From contig NW_027117344.1 in assembly GCF_038025025.1 (NCBI RefSeq), positions 1,674,001 through 1,738,000 of the forward strand: a stretch of 64,000 bases of DNA. The letters run 5' to 3'. Made by a program: the position numbers and the translations under genes. Of the stretch, positions 1-11,552 are shown piece by piece. Position 1 is the first letter of the stretch. Each line of letters starts with the position of its first letter. A model generated the notes under the pieces. It saw only the letters and a program-made list of their open reading frames with translations. It did no database searches and was not told the origin of the DNA. Source of the DNA: Phyllosticta citribraziliensis. Taxonomy: Eukaryota.

Positions 1-710
1 GAGGGAGATAAGATTGATACGAGATGCCCCGATTGTGATGACTCACGTGGTCGGCCACAGCTGAAGGGAGGTGATCGGATGCGAGCCGAGGGCTGCAGCG
101 ATGGCAGCTCAGCTTCTGGCAGGTTCGGCGTCGATCTGACAGGTTACATAGTTTGTGTGAGTAAAACGGGCGTCGCAAAAGACAGAGGATGCTTGTCGAT
201 GAGGCAGCCCACGACCGAGCAGCAAACCACACATTAGATCATAGTTGCAACATCACGTGGGCGACGTCATTGGTTCACCGGACGTCAGGTCCTCCTCCCG
301 ACGGCTCAGGCTCCGGAAGCTATGAAACGTCGATGAGAGCAAAAGGCCATCGACAGCCTCAGGTTTTCCCGTCGCGTTTGCCTGTGCTGTTTCAAAGCCA
401 CGACTTGAGCCAGTGCGTCTGGGGAACTTGTCAGATCAGAAGCCGTCCCGCGGCTCCAGCGCGCGAATCAGTCGTGACTGGACTTCACTTCCAGTGGTTC
501 CTTCGGCAATCCCCCGCCGGTACATCACGAGAAGAATCAGAAACGGCGCTCTAAACCGGTCGGGGACATTCGTGCTGCGGCCACCAGCATACCTCAGACT
601 ATGGAATTATCTATTGGCCTCTGGCATGTGGCAAGGCCGAGGCGACGTCACTGCACAGCAGAGCGACCCCACCAGTACCTGCGAGGTGCCGTGTCTGTAC
701 AGTAGAGACG

Positions 711-739
711 ACTGACTGACTGACTGACTGACTGACTGA
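711..739. repeat. (ACTG)n microsatellite
   Basis: About 7 tandem ACTG units read directly, upstream of the first gene. Confidence 0.9.
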
Positions 740-1296
740 TCTTGTGCTGCCACAGCCTTCGTGCCGCCGCTTGTGCGTGCTTACCTGCTTCCTCCCTGAC
801 AAGCCTCGCGCGCCTAAGAACCACGTCCACCTCTCTCGCTCTCCCATCCCATCATCCCCCCATCCGCTCCGCTCGGCCATCGCATCCCAACCCCAGCCCA
901 ACCCAACCAGCAAGGCCAACTCGCAACATCCCAGACCCAGCACGCTGTAGGGCCCCTACCAGCCAGCCAGCCCATCAGCGACCCCGTTAAAACCACTGCA
1001 GCCGCACGCCCGTCGCTGCCTGCCGTCAACTCCAGCCCCTCTTTCGGCCTCCTCGTTGCTTCGTTCGACTCACCCTACGTCAACCCCATCCACTTCACCT
1101 GCATACCTGGTAAGATCACTCCTCTCCTGCCATCGACCATTACCTGTCCGTTCGACCCTGACTCGCCCGCCTTCAGCCACGACCCTATTCTACCTGGATC
1201 CCGTCTCCTGTTTCACCGCAAACCCAACCTTGGCGCTTCTCTCGGTGCTTGACTTTGCCCACCGCTCACCTCCACGAGTGTTGTCAAGTCAACGCA

Positions 1297-2961
1297 ATGT
1301 CCGAGTATCGCTTCGACGAGGGCTTGCGCCGTGCGCGCACCACCCGCACTAGAGAGCCCGAGTATGTTGAAGAAACCTACGTTCAGCGCGGAAACGCCCC
1401 TGCCCAGCGTGAGCTCGTCTACAGAGGCCCACGCGATGACAGCATCGAAGACATTCCGCGCGACTTCCCCCCGCCAGGCGCTGAGTACCGCAGGACCAAA
1501 GTGCGCGAAAACTACGGCCCGCCCATCAGACGCGCCCGCTCCGTCGGTCGCCGCGACTATTACGACGACGAGTACAACGACGACTACTACCCTCCTCGTG
1601 GCCGCCCCCACCGCGAAGACGCTTATTACTCTGACGAGTATGATCGCCCCCCGCGTCGGGAGCGTCGCAAGTCTCGCGTCGAGGGCTTCCTCGAAGACGC
1701 CGGCCTGGGAGGTATCGTTGGCACCGTCCTTGGCAAATCCCGCAGCAAGAGCAGAGATCGCAGCCGCGGTCGCGAGGACAGGTACGACCACCGTGATCGC
1801 TACGACAGCCGGAGCCGCAGCCGCGGTCGTCACGGCAAGTCTGAGCGCAAGTGGCAGCAAGCCGCTCAAGCAGCTCTGGTCGCCGGTGCAGTCGAGGCAT
1901 TCCGCAGCCGCAAGGACCCAGGACCGTGGACCGGCGAAAAGGGTACCCGCATCGCAACCGCGGCCCTAGGTGCTGCTGGTATTGATGGTTTGGTTGACCG
2001 AGACCCCAACCGCAAAAGCAAACGCCACACGGCTGAGGCCGTCATTGGTGGTCTTGTCGCCAACCGCCTTGCCAACGGTCCTAGAGACCGCTCGGGCTCC
2101 CGTGGCCGTTCCCGTTCCAGGTCCATGTCGCGCGCTGCGTCCTTGTTTGGCCGTAGCCGATCTCGTGGTCGTTCCATCGGAGGTCAAGAGGGCGGAGGAG
2201 GAGGTGCCATCAAGAACCTCGCGGGTGCGGGCGCCATCGCTGCCGCTGGCAAAGCAATTTACGACCGCGTGCGCTCCAAGTCACGAGGGCGTCGTCGATC
2301 AGGAAGCTCTTCGAGTGAAGACAGCTACGTGCCCTCGCGCGGTCGTCGCTACGGTCGGTCTCGAGACGGCGGCCCAGCCGACTATTCTGGCCCGGCTAAC
2401 GGCCCACATCTGCGCAGCAGCAGCATGAGCTCCGAGTCGACTACAGACATGGAAAACCAGCGGAAGAAAATGCGAGGTAAGGAACTCCTCACGGCAGGCC
2501 TCGCCACGGTAGCCACCATCCACGCCGCACACGGGGTGTATTCATCGATGGTCGCATCGGAGAACCGACGCAAGCTCGTATCCGAGGGTGAAATGTCGCC
2601 CGAAGAGGCGCGCAAGCGCAAGAGTAAAAATATGTTGCAGGATGCGGCGGCGGTGGGTATCGCGGCGCTGGGAATCAAGTCGGCATTCAGCGAGTGGAAG
2701 GAGATGAACGAGCAGCGGCATCTGGTGCACGATCTCGAGACTAAGCGGCGCAAGAAGCGCAAGGCTCGTGAGCGTGCGGCCCAACAACAACGCGAACAAC
2801 AAATCCAGAATCAGCGTCTCCTACTCAGTAATGGCTCTGCTAACCCGTCTGGCCCGACAGCTCCGCCCGCTGGCTACGGCTATGGCGCGCCGACGTACGC
2901 AGACGCAAACCCCTACTCGGCCGGTAACCTGCCGCCCCCACCCATGGGCGCCAGATACTAA
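1297..2961 (+). CDS. Arg/Ser/Gly-rich fungal protein, DUF3824-like (about 554 aa)
   Basis: Long ORF; first ATG at 1297 (GCA ATG T). RS-rich segments alternate with hydrophobic Ala/Gly motifs (AALVAGAVEAFR..W.G.KG.RIATAALGAAG; ELLTAGLATVATIHAAH; LQDAAAVGIAALGIK..EWKE) that I recognise from this fungal family. A possible 5'-UTR intron lies at about 1110-1176. Confidence 0.8.
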   Translation: MSEYRFDEGLRRARTTRTREPEYVEETYVQRGNAPAQRELVYRGPRDDSIEDIPRDFPPPGAEYRRTKVRENYGPPIRRARSVGRRDYYDDEYNDDYYPPRGRPHREDAYYSDEYDRPPRRERRKSRVEGFLEDAGLGGIVGTVLGKSRSKSRDRSRGREDRYDHRDRYDSRSRSRGRHGKSERKWQQAAQAALVAGAVEAFRSRKDPGPWTGEKGTRIATAALGAAGIDGLVDRDPNRKSKRHTAEAVIGGLVANRLANGPRDRSGSRGRSRSRSMSRAASLFGRSRSRGRSIGGQEGGGGGAIKNLAGAGAIAAAGKAIYDRVRSKSRGRRRSGSSSSEDSYVPSRGRRYGRSRDGGPADYSGPANGPHLRSSSMSSESTTDMENQRKKMRGKELLTAGLATVATIHAAHGVYSSMVASENRRKLVSEGEMSPEEARKRKSKNMLQDAAAVGIAALGIKSAFSEWKEMNEQRHLVHDLETKRRKKRKARERAAQQQREQQIQNQRLLLSNGSANPSGPTAPPAGYGYGAPTYADANPYSAGNLPPPPMGARY

Positions 2962-4454
2962 GCCGAACCACCCCCGTTCACGGTTGGCGACCTGCTAGCC
3001 TGATGCACTTTGTTTTGCTTCATTTTTTTCTTCTTCGTTTTGACTTGCAGGTTCGATTCGAGATTTCCTTTTTCCATTTCCTTGCTGTCTATTGGTCGAC
3101 CGATGACGCCAGACGAGCGAGCGAACGAACGACAATTCGACCGACCTATTTTTGACGACGAAACGATCCACTGGGAGGATTATGGAAAGCAACAAGAAGG
3201 GATTGCCACAAGGGGCAAACGGGACGGGGGTGAAATGAGCGACGATCGGGATGGATCAACAAGACCAACTTTTGCTTTTGGGGGTCTCTTTTGCGACATC
3301 ATTGACGAGTCTCCTTTTGCCTCTTCTCCTTCTTCTTTTTGCTTGTTTGGGTCACACTACAGTTTATACCACACCTATTGCGCACACACACGATCATCAT
3401 GACCAATGGCTTTGACCACCACCAACACCTTTTCCCCCTTTCCTCCTTTCCATCACACGACACGACACTTTTGAATTCCACCACCCCATTTCAGCACAGC
3501 ACCTGCACGACGACGGATGGTCACCCAGTCAGTGGCGGGCGTCGGGATCTTTTTTGGCCTTGGTTTCTTGCTGCTCTCCATGCGCTGCTCAACTCTGGTT
3601 TGGACGGAATCTCTTTTTTTACACACCCCCAAACAAGCTCTCTTTTTTCCCTTCACTCTTCATAGCTGCTACCAATCAGAACTCAACCAAACCCCAACCA
3701 AAAAGATAGAGATCGAGGACCATGGATTTTCTTGGAAAGTGGGCTACTCGTCTCCCTCCTCCTGTCAACTCGTGTGGCTCTTTTTCTTCGTGCGCTCGCT
3801 TTGTTGCATACAAGCCTTTGGGATCTTTACGTTCGTTTTCCTCGAAGGGCGTATGAATGACGGTGGTGCTGCTGCCAGCCAGTGGGCTTCGTGTGCTGGA
3901 CTGCGGTGGTAAACGGACGCTCTCTTTCACACACACACACAGGTCTATTGCGAGGCCGTTGGCCTGTTGGCTGCGTGGCTGGTTGCTTCTCTGACTCAGA
4001 AATGCGCGGACTGAGTCGAGAGCGAAACGGTGTGCGGAAGTAGACATTGTTTGGAGCTGTGGGCGTCTGAACGGGAGAAAGACCGTTTGCGGCGCGAGAG
4101 ATGAGCAGCGGAAAGAGCGAGATGAGAGGCGCGGATGGGTTCTGTGATGTTGAACGGCGGAGCGTGCGGCGGCGGCAGAGTTGGATGCCGTGACTTGAGG
4201 TTTCAGGATTGGTGGGTAGATGAAGAGTCTATAAGGGACTGACTGCCCTGCGGTTTGCTTGCTGGCGAGGCATGGCGTACGTAGAAAGAGGAACGAAGCT
4301 TCGCTACATGGTACATGTATGTCTCCATCCAACCGTCTCACCCAAAAGAGTAAAATCCTACGTCGCTCACCAACACCACCACCACCACCACCCACCACCA
4401 CCACTTCTCCAACAACCAAAAAGAAACACATCTCGCTCCTTCTTCTTCTGCCTC

Positions 4455-4644
4455 TTCCATCGCCGAGACTCGAACTCGGGTCTCCAGATGTAACAGGCCG
4501 GTCCTCCGGTTAAAGAAAAGCGGCCATCCATCCATCCATCCTAGGTAGGAGGTCCACAGGGTCCAGGTAAATCCAGGTCCGCGAGCGTCCGTCCAGGGGG
4601 GGTTGGTGTGCGGTCTGGCGTGCTTCCAACTGCACCACGATGGA
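4455..4644 (-). tRNA. tRNA-like gene with 118-nt intron/insertion and atypical anticodon loop (nominal anticodon GCA; isotype uncertain)
   Basis: The minus strand folds into a full cloverleaf: acceptor TCCATCG/CGATGGA, D-stem GTGC/GCAC with loop AGTTGGAA, anticodon stem CCAGA/TCTGG, variable loop AGAC, T-arm CCGAG-TTCGAGT-CTCGG. Removing 4490-4607 gives 72 nt. A T5 run lies about 33 nt downstream. Confidence 0.7.
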
Positions 4645-5055
4645 TTTAGCGGTGGTATTGTTGTTGTTGTTGCAGGACCGGCGGGGTTTATGTGGTTGTA
4701 TTTGTCCAGTTTGGTGTGGGGTGTGTTGGAGGAGGAGGAGGAGCGCTGCGCTGACGTGACTGCCCGCAGTGAACCGTGAGGTGGTGGAGTATGAAGAGCA
4801 CAGGCAGAAAATAAACGAGTTGAGAGAGCGGAGTGAGGACCTTGGATGGCCAGGGACAAGCATGTGTGACTAGTCGAAGGAGGTTATATTGGAATCTGCG
4901 CTAGACGCATAGGATGAAGAAAGCTAGAGGTCGCCAACCTCCAAGTCGTGATGCAATCCTTGATCCCGCAAAGAGCTCCCATTTCATCATCCAAAGGCCC
5001 CCATGGGCCTTCCAAGAGGTCAGCCATTGAACAGCCTCCCAGTCTTCCACGACAT

Positions 5056-7443
5056 CTAACAGATACGATGCTCCGGCCTCCTCCACGGCACGCCCAGAAT
5101 CTCGAAGATCTTCTTCTCATCCGCTCCCTCAACCAACTCTCCCTCGGTCAGCTTCTCACGGCTGCGACCCCTCATGACGTTTTTGTAGAGTCCGCGCTGG
5201 TTCAGGCGCATGCCCTTGCGGCTCGCCAGGAGGCGGATGGAGCGGTTGAAGATGTCGTTGCCCGTGAAGTAGATCAGCGCAGCGCCTAGCTCGGTGTGTG
5301 GGACGAGTAGCAGATCGATGCGGCGCCACGGGCCCTCTGGGAGCTCCTCGATCTCTCCTGAGATTATCTCCGCGTGCTTGGTCGTGATGTACGCGCTGCC
5401 AGGCAAGGCGCACGCGCCGTGCCACTTGGATCCCGTCTCGCTGCGCGACGCCGCTGCCAACGCTACCTTGAGGTATCCGGCGTGCATGAGCTGTGGAACA
5501 AGCTCGTCCAGGACAACGGCGTGCAAGCGTGCTAGCGGAGCGTTAGGGTGCGAGACGAGCATGTCAATGTCGCCGCATGAAGCGGAGCCGCGACGGTACG
5601 ACCCGCCAACCGTGACGGTGAAGCCTGGGTCGATTCTGTGGAGTGCAGCCGTGACAAGCGCGGCGTGTTGCGTGACTTCGTCCCGTGGAATGCGTGTGTT
5701 GAAGTCTTGATAGTGGTCAATGCCGACTTGCTGTGCTGGTGTCAAGGGCACGTTATTGGCGCGCAGATCGTTGAGAGTCTTGAAGCCACGCATCACCCAC
5801 TTGGATGCCTGGGAGACGCCTACCCCGTAGATCTGCATGAAAGTCTGCATTGCGGCGTCCATGGGGTCGACCAGAGTAGCGTCGTAGCGGCGAAGCCGAT
5901 TCGTCCAGACAATCTCTTCGATTTTAGTCGCAAGCCGCTCGCCGATGAATGGGAGTTCAAATGCTTCCTCTTTAGACATAACCTTCTGGTCTTGTTTCTT
6001 GAGGGTACTGACGGCTCTGCGGTATGCGCGACACCGCCACTCGTCTCCAACGCGGTCGTAGTAATGGCCCATTTCAGTGAGGATTTCGATTGTTCTAGCG
6101 TTGGGGTTTTCTCTGTCGCCTTTGCCATCATTCTTCTTCATGCACTGCCAGGTCTCCTTCTGCTTGCTTGCAGACGAGTACTTTTTGGCCCTCTTTTTGC
6201 GCGGTTGGTCTTCTGCATCGGTGCCTTCATCCTCGCTCGGCACAGTCGATATCTCTTCATCCTCAGAGTCAAGAGGCTATGGATCGAGTCAGTATACTGT
6301 CGTTTATGACGAAGGACCAAGGTCAGAGCGGAATCAAATCAAAACTTCAACTGAACGCAACATGGAAGCTCATCCAGCAATGGAACCTACGAGATGCGCC
6401 GTTTTCTTCGCCTCGGCAATGATTTTATCGAGAAGATCATCGCTCTTTGGACGATGTTGAATGGTGTCAGAATCCTGAGATGATTCAGAGGGCTGCTTAT
6501 TGAAATCAGCGCTGTCGAGTATCGCTCGGACGTCGATGACGTCCTTCGTGTTTCCTAAGCTGCCTTCCTCCTGCGACTGTGTATTTGGTTCGCGGGCCAT
6601 CATGTCCTGCTTGGACGGCTTCAACTGGAGTGACTGCGATGACTGGATGCTTGATGGCTCCCCCGAGATAACCGCAGCTTTGGGGTTGGGATTATAGCCG
6701 GTGACACGGTACTGAGGCGAATCTGCGTCAGTCAAAGACTTGTATATGATGCAGTCAGAAGGCCAGCTTTCCGACACAACTTTGGCTCCTTGGGGAAAAT
6801 GTTCCGGAAAGGAGTGTTTCTTGAGCCAGTCCTTCATCTTGTCAAATTGAAAGTTCTTGTCGACAATGACGTGAGAGATGTATGGGCACCATTCCACGAC
6901 CCAGGTTGCGCCATATTCGAGAGTCTTAGTAATCCTCATGCGGCGACCAGCATGCGCGTCATTGTTTGGGAAAAAGAAGAAGACCAGGTCCTTGAAGATG
7001 CGCTGATCTTCGGGCACGAGGCTAATTTTGGCGTCACGCATCTTTGCGCCACGGCCTCGCGGTAGCTTTGCAAACGAAGTAAGAGGCGGGTCAGCGGATG
7101 CTTTGGTATCCTCATGCTGATGAAGTTCTGCTCCAGGCATTTCTTCTGCAAAAGAAATCTTGTTGTCAGAGGTGTTGGTGCGGTCAAGATCAGTGGACAA
7201 GGTGTAGCTTTGGCGAGATGTTGTGTTACGAGAAGATGAAGGGCGGGTCAAAGAAGAAGATGCAATGTTGTCTCCCAAGGATTGATGTGACTGATGATGA
7301 TGACCGTTAAAGGTCGAGTTTGTGCGTCCCAAAGAAACATTCCAGCCCTCGTTAATGTCGACGTCGTCTTCATCGTCTTGGTCCATGGCGAAAATGGCGT
7401 TGAACAAGCGCTCTTTCCTCCGGAGAGAATCGCTTTGGTCCAT
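5056..7443 (-). CDS. POL4: X-family DNA polymerase lambda (Pol4-like) with N-terminal BRCT domain
   Basis: Exons 7443-6391 and 6276-5056; intron 6277-6390 (GTAGGT..CTGAC..ATAG) joins them in frame. BRCT-like segment (IFKDLVFFFFP..GATW..SHVIVD..VSESWPSDCI), 8-kDa lyase/HhH (LPFIGERLA, IYGVG), GSYRRG..GDID, RRIDL and YFTG motifs. Confidence 0.93.
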
Positions 7444-7879
7444 GGTGTTGGGCTGCGATCATGACGAAGGCAGCAGCGGGGTGCACGAGAGACAAGAGAA
7501 AAAGCGAGATGGGTTAGGTTGCCCTGAGGTGGTAAGCAGAGGCAGCAACCGCAGTCCAAGACATGGCGGAAGCTGCCCCGCCGGTTCGCCAGGCTGGGCA
7601 CTAGCCACTCACCCGGCTCCAAGCAGCACACTCAACCACCGTTTTCCGTGGCGCAGTCTCTTACTCATAACGTCTCTCAAAATACATTCATGATACAATT
7701 ATCGTTGTCTACTGCCATCTTGTGCCCATCCCAAATCTCTACCATCATTAAACCGACAGCGCTAAGGTAACAAACAAGAGACAACCAGGAAAATTATAAG
7801 ATCATAAACGCTCAAACTGCCACTCCAGCGCCTTACGCAGGACAAAAACCGCTAAACAGCAAAAGGGGAGATGGACGCT

Positions 7880-10857
7880 TCAAGAAGACCGATCTTTCCT
7901 CTTGGCCGCTCTCATTGGCAAAACAGTGCCTTCTCTTCCAAAAGGCCGACCTACTTCCATCACAAGCATTCTGACGAAATCTCTCGAAATCCAGTAGCTA
8001 CTGTGCGCTCCCAGCATCGTCAGATACTGAATCTCGAGCGGGCCGCCGCCGTACTTGAGGAACCAGTCAATCTGTCCGTTGTCGTTGAGCGCATAAGCGC
8101 GTTCTTCGGCAATCTCTTCGCGGCTAAAGTTGTGCGTCTCCAGCTCCACGTTGGACGGCAGCCGTGGCATGCTAGCGCGAAATGGCACGACTGATGAATC
8201 TCCTCCTCCGAGAGGATTGCGGAAGGGATTCGACAGATTCAGCCAGGACGTGGCTGCGCTAGGTACAAAAGCTGGCTTAAGGGTCGCGGCGTAGTCGGCA
8301 TCGACGGTGGCGTTCAGTCGATATGCCACCGGATCGTAGGGGTTGACGACGTTATAAATATTATCAACTGCTATGCAGCCATACGTGTCTTTTTCGCCAG
8401 CAACGCCAGGGCTGAATTGATGTGGACCGCCCGGCTTCTTCCGGTCGTGCCTTGGTCTGAGAGCTCCTTTCTTCAGCAGCAGGAAAAATCCAGCTGGACT
8501 GCCACAAAGGAACAGGTCGGTCGTGTCGAAAAGGAACTGATTCTTGGGGAGATCTTCCTCGGGAGTCTTTGGATCACCAAAGGCTTTGTCGACATGAGTA
8601 GGTTGGTGACTAAGAATGTCCAGGGCCATGACGCTTCCCAGAGAATGGGCCAGGATATGCACACGTCCCCATTCCGCGAATCCTGGATTATTCTTGCACC
8701 ACAGTCGGTAGATCCGGTTCGCTTCTCCTATGCAAGCAGCAATCATCTTTGAGTGATGCTCCACAGACAAGTAGTAGGGAATGTCCAGCATGACGTCGCT
8801 TATTATATTCCGTACGGATGGCAAGGTATCCGGCGTAATGTCCTTGAGCTTAAACGGGTTGAGAGCTGGGTCCTCGACATCATCATCGCGATAGCCTCCG
8901 TCTTCGAACGAGAGGCTGAGCCGCCAATTGACCTAGATCGAGTTAGTCTGGTGACGCATCCAAGTGCAGCAAACTTACCGGAAGCACCATGATTCCTCCA
9001 ATATCCTTCCTCAGGTTTCCTCTCACACCATCACTGCCTAGCTCCACATTGACTTCTCTGCGAAAGGCATTAATGGCATGCGTGAAGTGAAAGCTTTCGA
9101 TGCGCTCAGAAAGCTTTTGACCGATGCCATGGATTACGAGAACGAGATCAGTCACCACTGGGCGGTCCGAGTGAGAGAGAGCAGAGTCGAGCTTCATTCG
9201 CCGACCAGGATGAACACCGCCCATGGAGCTGGATACGCCCTCTCTGGCCTTTTCGAATTTGGCCCCTTTTTTCGGTGGATAGATCCTGTCCCAGATTTCT
9301 TGATCAAAGCCTCGAACAACCTGAATGCCAATTTTGCGACCTTTGCGGATGTAGTTCGCTAGCGGACGTCGCCCGTAATACGCTGACGGTTGCAGGTTAG
9401 GCCGCAGAATGTACGCCTCCTTGCCGTCGGCATATATCACTTTGGAGTTCAAATAGAGTCTTTTTTGGCCATCTCTGCCGAAAAATCCGGAGCCAGATGC
9501 TTTGTTGTCCGCACCTTCTGAGCCATTGGAAATATCGATCATGTCTCGAGCGTGTTCAACTAGTTCGTCACGTTCTTTTTCCGGTGAATTGTCCGATTCT
9601 TCGCTAATGCTACAGTGTATTAGACTCAAAGATTGTGTAGAGGTTTTCCAGAGTGGTCAAGTTTTCACTTGGAGATACATGGGGCATCACAGGAAGCCAA
9701 GGCACATCGCACAAATCACTAACCTTGATAGGAGTTCACCCCGCGAGGTTCCCGGTCTACTTTCAGCCGGCTTCTTTTTTGGCTTCTCGGGCCAAAGGTT
9801 ATGGGCGACTTTTACCTCCCCGATAGCTCCGACTTCAATGGCGCTGTTTAGTTCGTCACGCCATGTCTCCGTCCATGGCTGTAGGGAGATGTAGCCTGCT
9901 TCAAGTAAATTTGCAATATCGGTTTCCACAGGCAGCATTGTGTCCTTGTAGAACCATGTGCCACGCATCACAGGCGCTGCGTCGTTCAACGGGGACCAGT
10001 ATATGGGTTCCATCCTAACGAATTAGCCAAAGTGGCGAAGAAAAATATGGGCGCACTTACTGCAGACTCGGCATGACAACTTCGTGGAGTCGAGAGATTC
10101 CCACGGGCACTTTGGCAGAGGGTCCAGCGGGCTTTTGCTTGACAGGCTTGCTTTTGCTCTCCCTCCTTGGATCGCTTCTGGGTGACCTACTCGGCGCAGT
10201 ATCCCAATCATAGCTATCCGTGTGTGCATGGCTGAGCGGGCGAGGGACGTTCCTCCTGGACGGAGCTCTGACGAAAGGTGTACCGGTGGTCGACCCCTTG
10301 TCTATGAGCATTTCGAGGTCTGCGGGGTCTAATGTGCGCAGAGACGCCGACAGGGCTCCTTGGCTACCAAAGTCCCTGGTGTTGCCACCACTTCTGTCTT
10401 CGTAGGAGCCGTAACTTCGGGACGACTGACCGCCTCTGCCTGCATCGTCGCGTGCTCCGGGAACCGTAAAGCCCCTGCGCCTCGTTTCTGGGAACCCAGC
10501 GTCAGAGCCAGATTGTGACTCGGAACTAAGCCGTGACTGCTCCACAGCATTCTTTTCCCCGCCCTGTTCCTCGTTGTACTTCAACAGCTTTTTCCGCAGG
10601 CTCAACCATGCGGTCTCGAGCTGGTGGTTGTCGAATACCGAGAAGGCGCGTGGCGGTGCTTTGGACAGGTTGCCAGAGCCGGTGACTGGCGGTGGCAAGG
10701 GACTCAACGGGTCGTCGATGGCCAGCGGGCTGGTGTAGAAGAAGCGAGCTGTGATCGGGGGAGCGGGCTCCGGAGCGTGGAGGATTTCGCGGACATATTG
10801 GTTCTCAGGCCGGGCGAAAGTGGAAGCCCGTTGGGACTTCTTGTTTGGAGCAGACAT
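7880..10857 (-). CDS. DDHD-domain intracellular phospholipase A1 (PA-PLA1 / yeast Ddl1-like)
   Basis: Exons 10857-10061, 10014-9724, 9609-8979, 8932-7880; all junctions are GT..AG and keep frame. Motifs PIYW..RGTWF, LVLVIHGIGQ, VLPVNWR, lipase AHSLG, LFLCGSP, YNVVNPYDPVAYRL, QIDW, GAHSSYW. Confidence 0.92.
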
Positions 10858-11552
10858 GGCGGAAAGGCTACCTTGGATGGGAAGAGGCGGGTGTGGGGTG
10901 CAGCGGCGCGATCATGGGCCGCTGGTCATCCGGCATGGTTTTGGGAGAATTTGGGATGCATGGCAGCGAGAGGTGTGTAGAGAAACACGTAGAAAGCGGT
11001 TTGGCGGTGTTGATGGTGCGGGCAGAGTGACCGGGTCGTGCGGGTGAGCCGGGCTGTGACGACATGGTGCCCCAGGCAGTCCCGGGCCTCGGTGGCGCCA
11101 AGCAGAGCCCCTCCACCCTCTGCATTCCCGCTCCGCTCAACTGCATTCATTCCATTACATGTACGTACTCTTCTTCAGCCAGTCACGTCCGTCTCACTCT
11201 TCACGTTCCCAGCATCCCTCCTCCTTGCTCTCCATTTCCACATTCTCTGCGCTGCCGACCTACCTACGCGTCGCGTCACCCATCACATGCTCCTCCGGGT
11301 CCCCATGGCCACATGCCGTCGTCAAACCTAAAAATATCGCTTCGATCCCGTCCCAGCCACTGCTGCTCTAACGTTGCCATCTTCCTCTGATTTAGCCGCT
11401 TATGCGCATTGATGCGTCAATTGTTGGCGCCGAAAACCCACAACAGATTCAGCATTTCGATCATAGACGTACGACACCCCCCGAACGCCAGTCTCTGCGC
11501 TTCTTCTCGTCCCACTACCGTAAATTCCCCATCAAGACAAATGCCGTGCGCT

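Noticed and set aside
3676..4431. 251-aa minus-strand ORF with a good-context internal ATG at 4047
   Set aside because: It runs through (GT)n and (GGT)n repeats and has no recognisable motifs, so I cannot support it as coding, although a small transcript is not excluded.
6277..6390. Possible stwintron in the POL4 intron (internal CTGAC..ACAG followed by TATACT)
   Set aside because: The external intron left after internal splicing would be only about 20 nt, too short; at most a cryptic acceptor.
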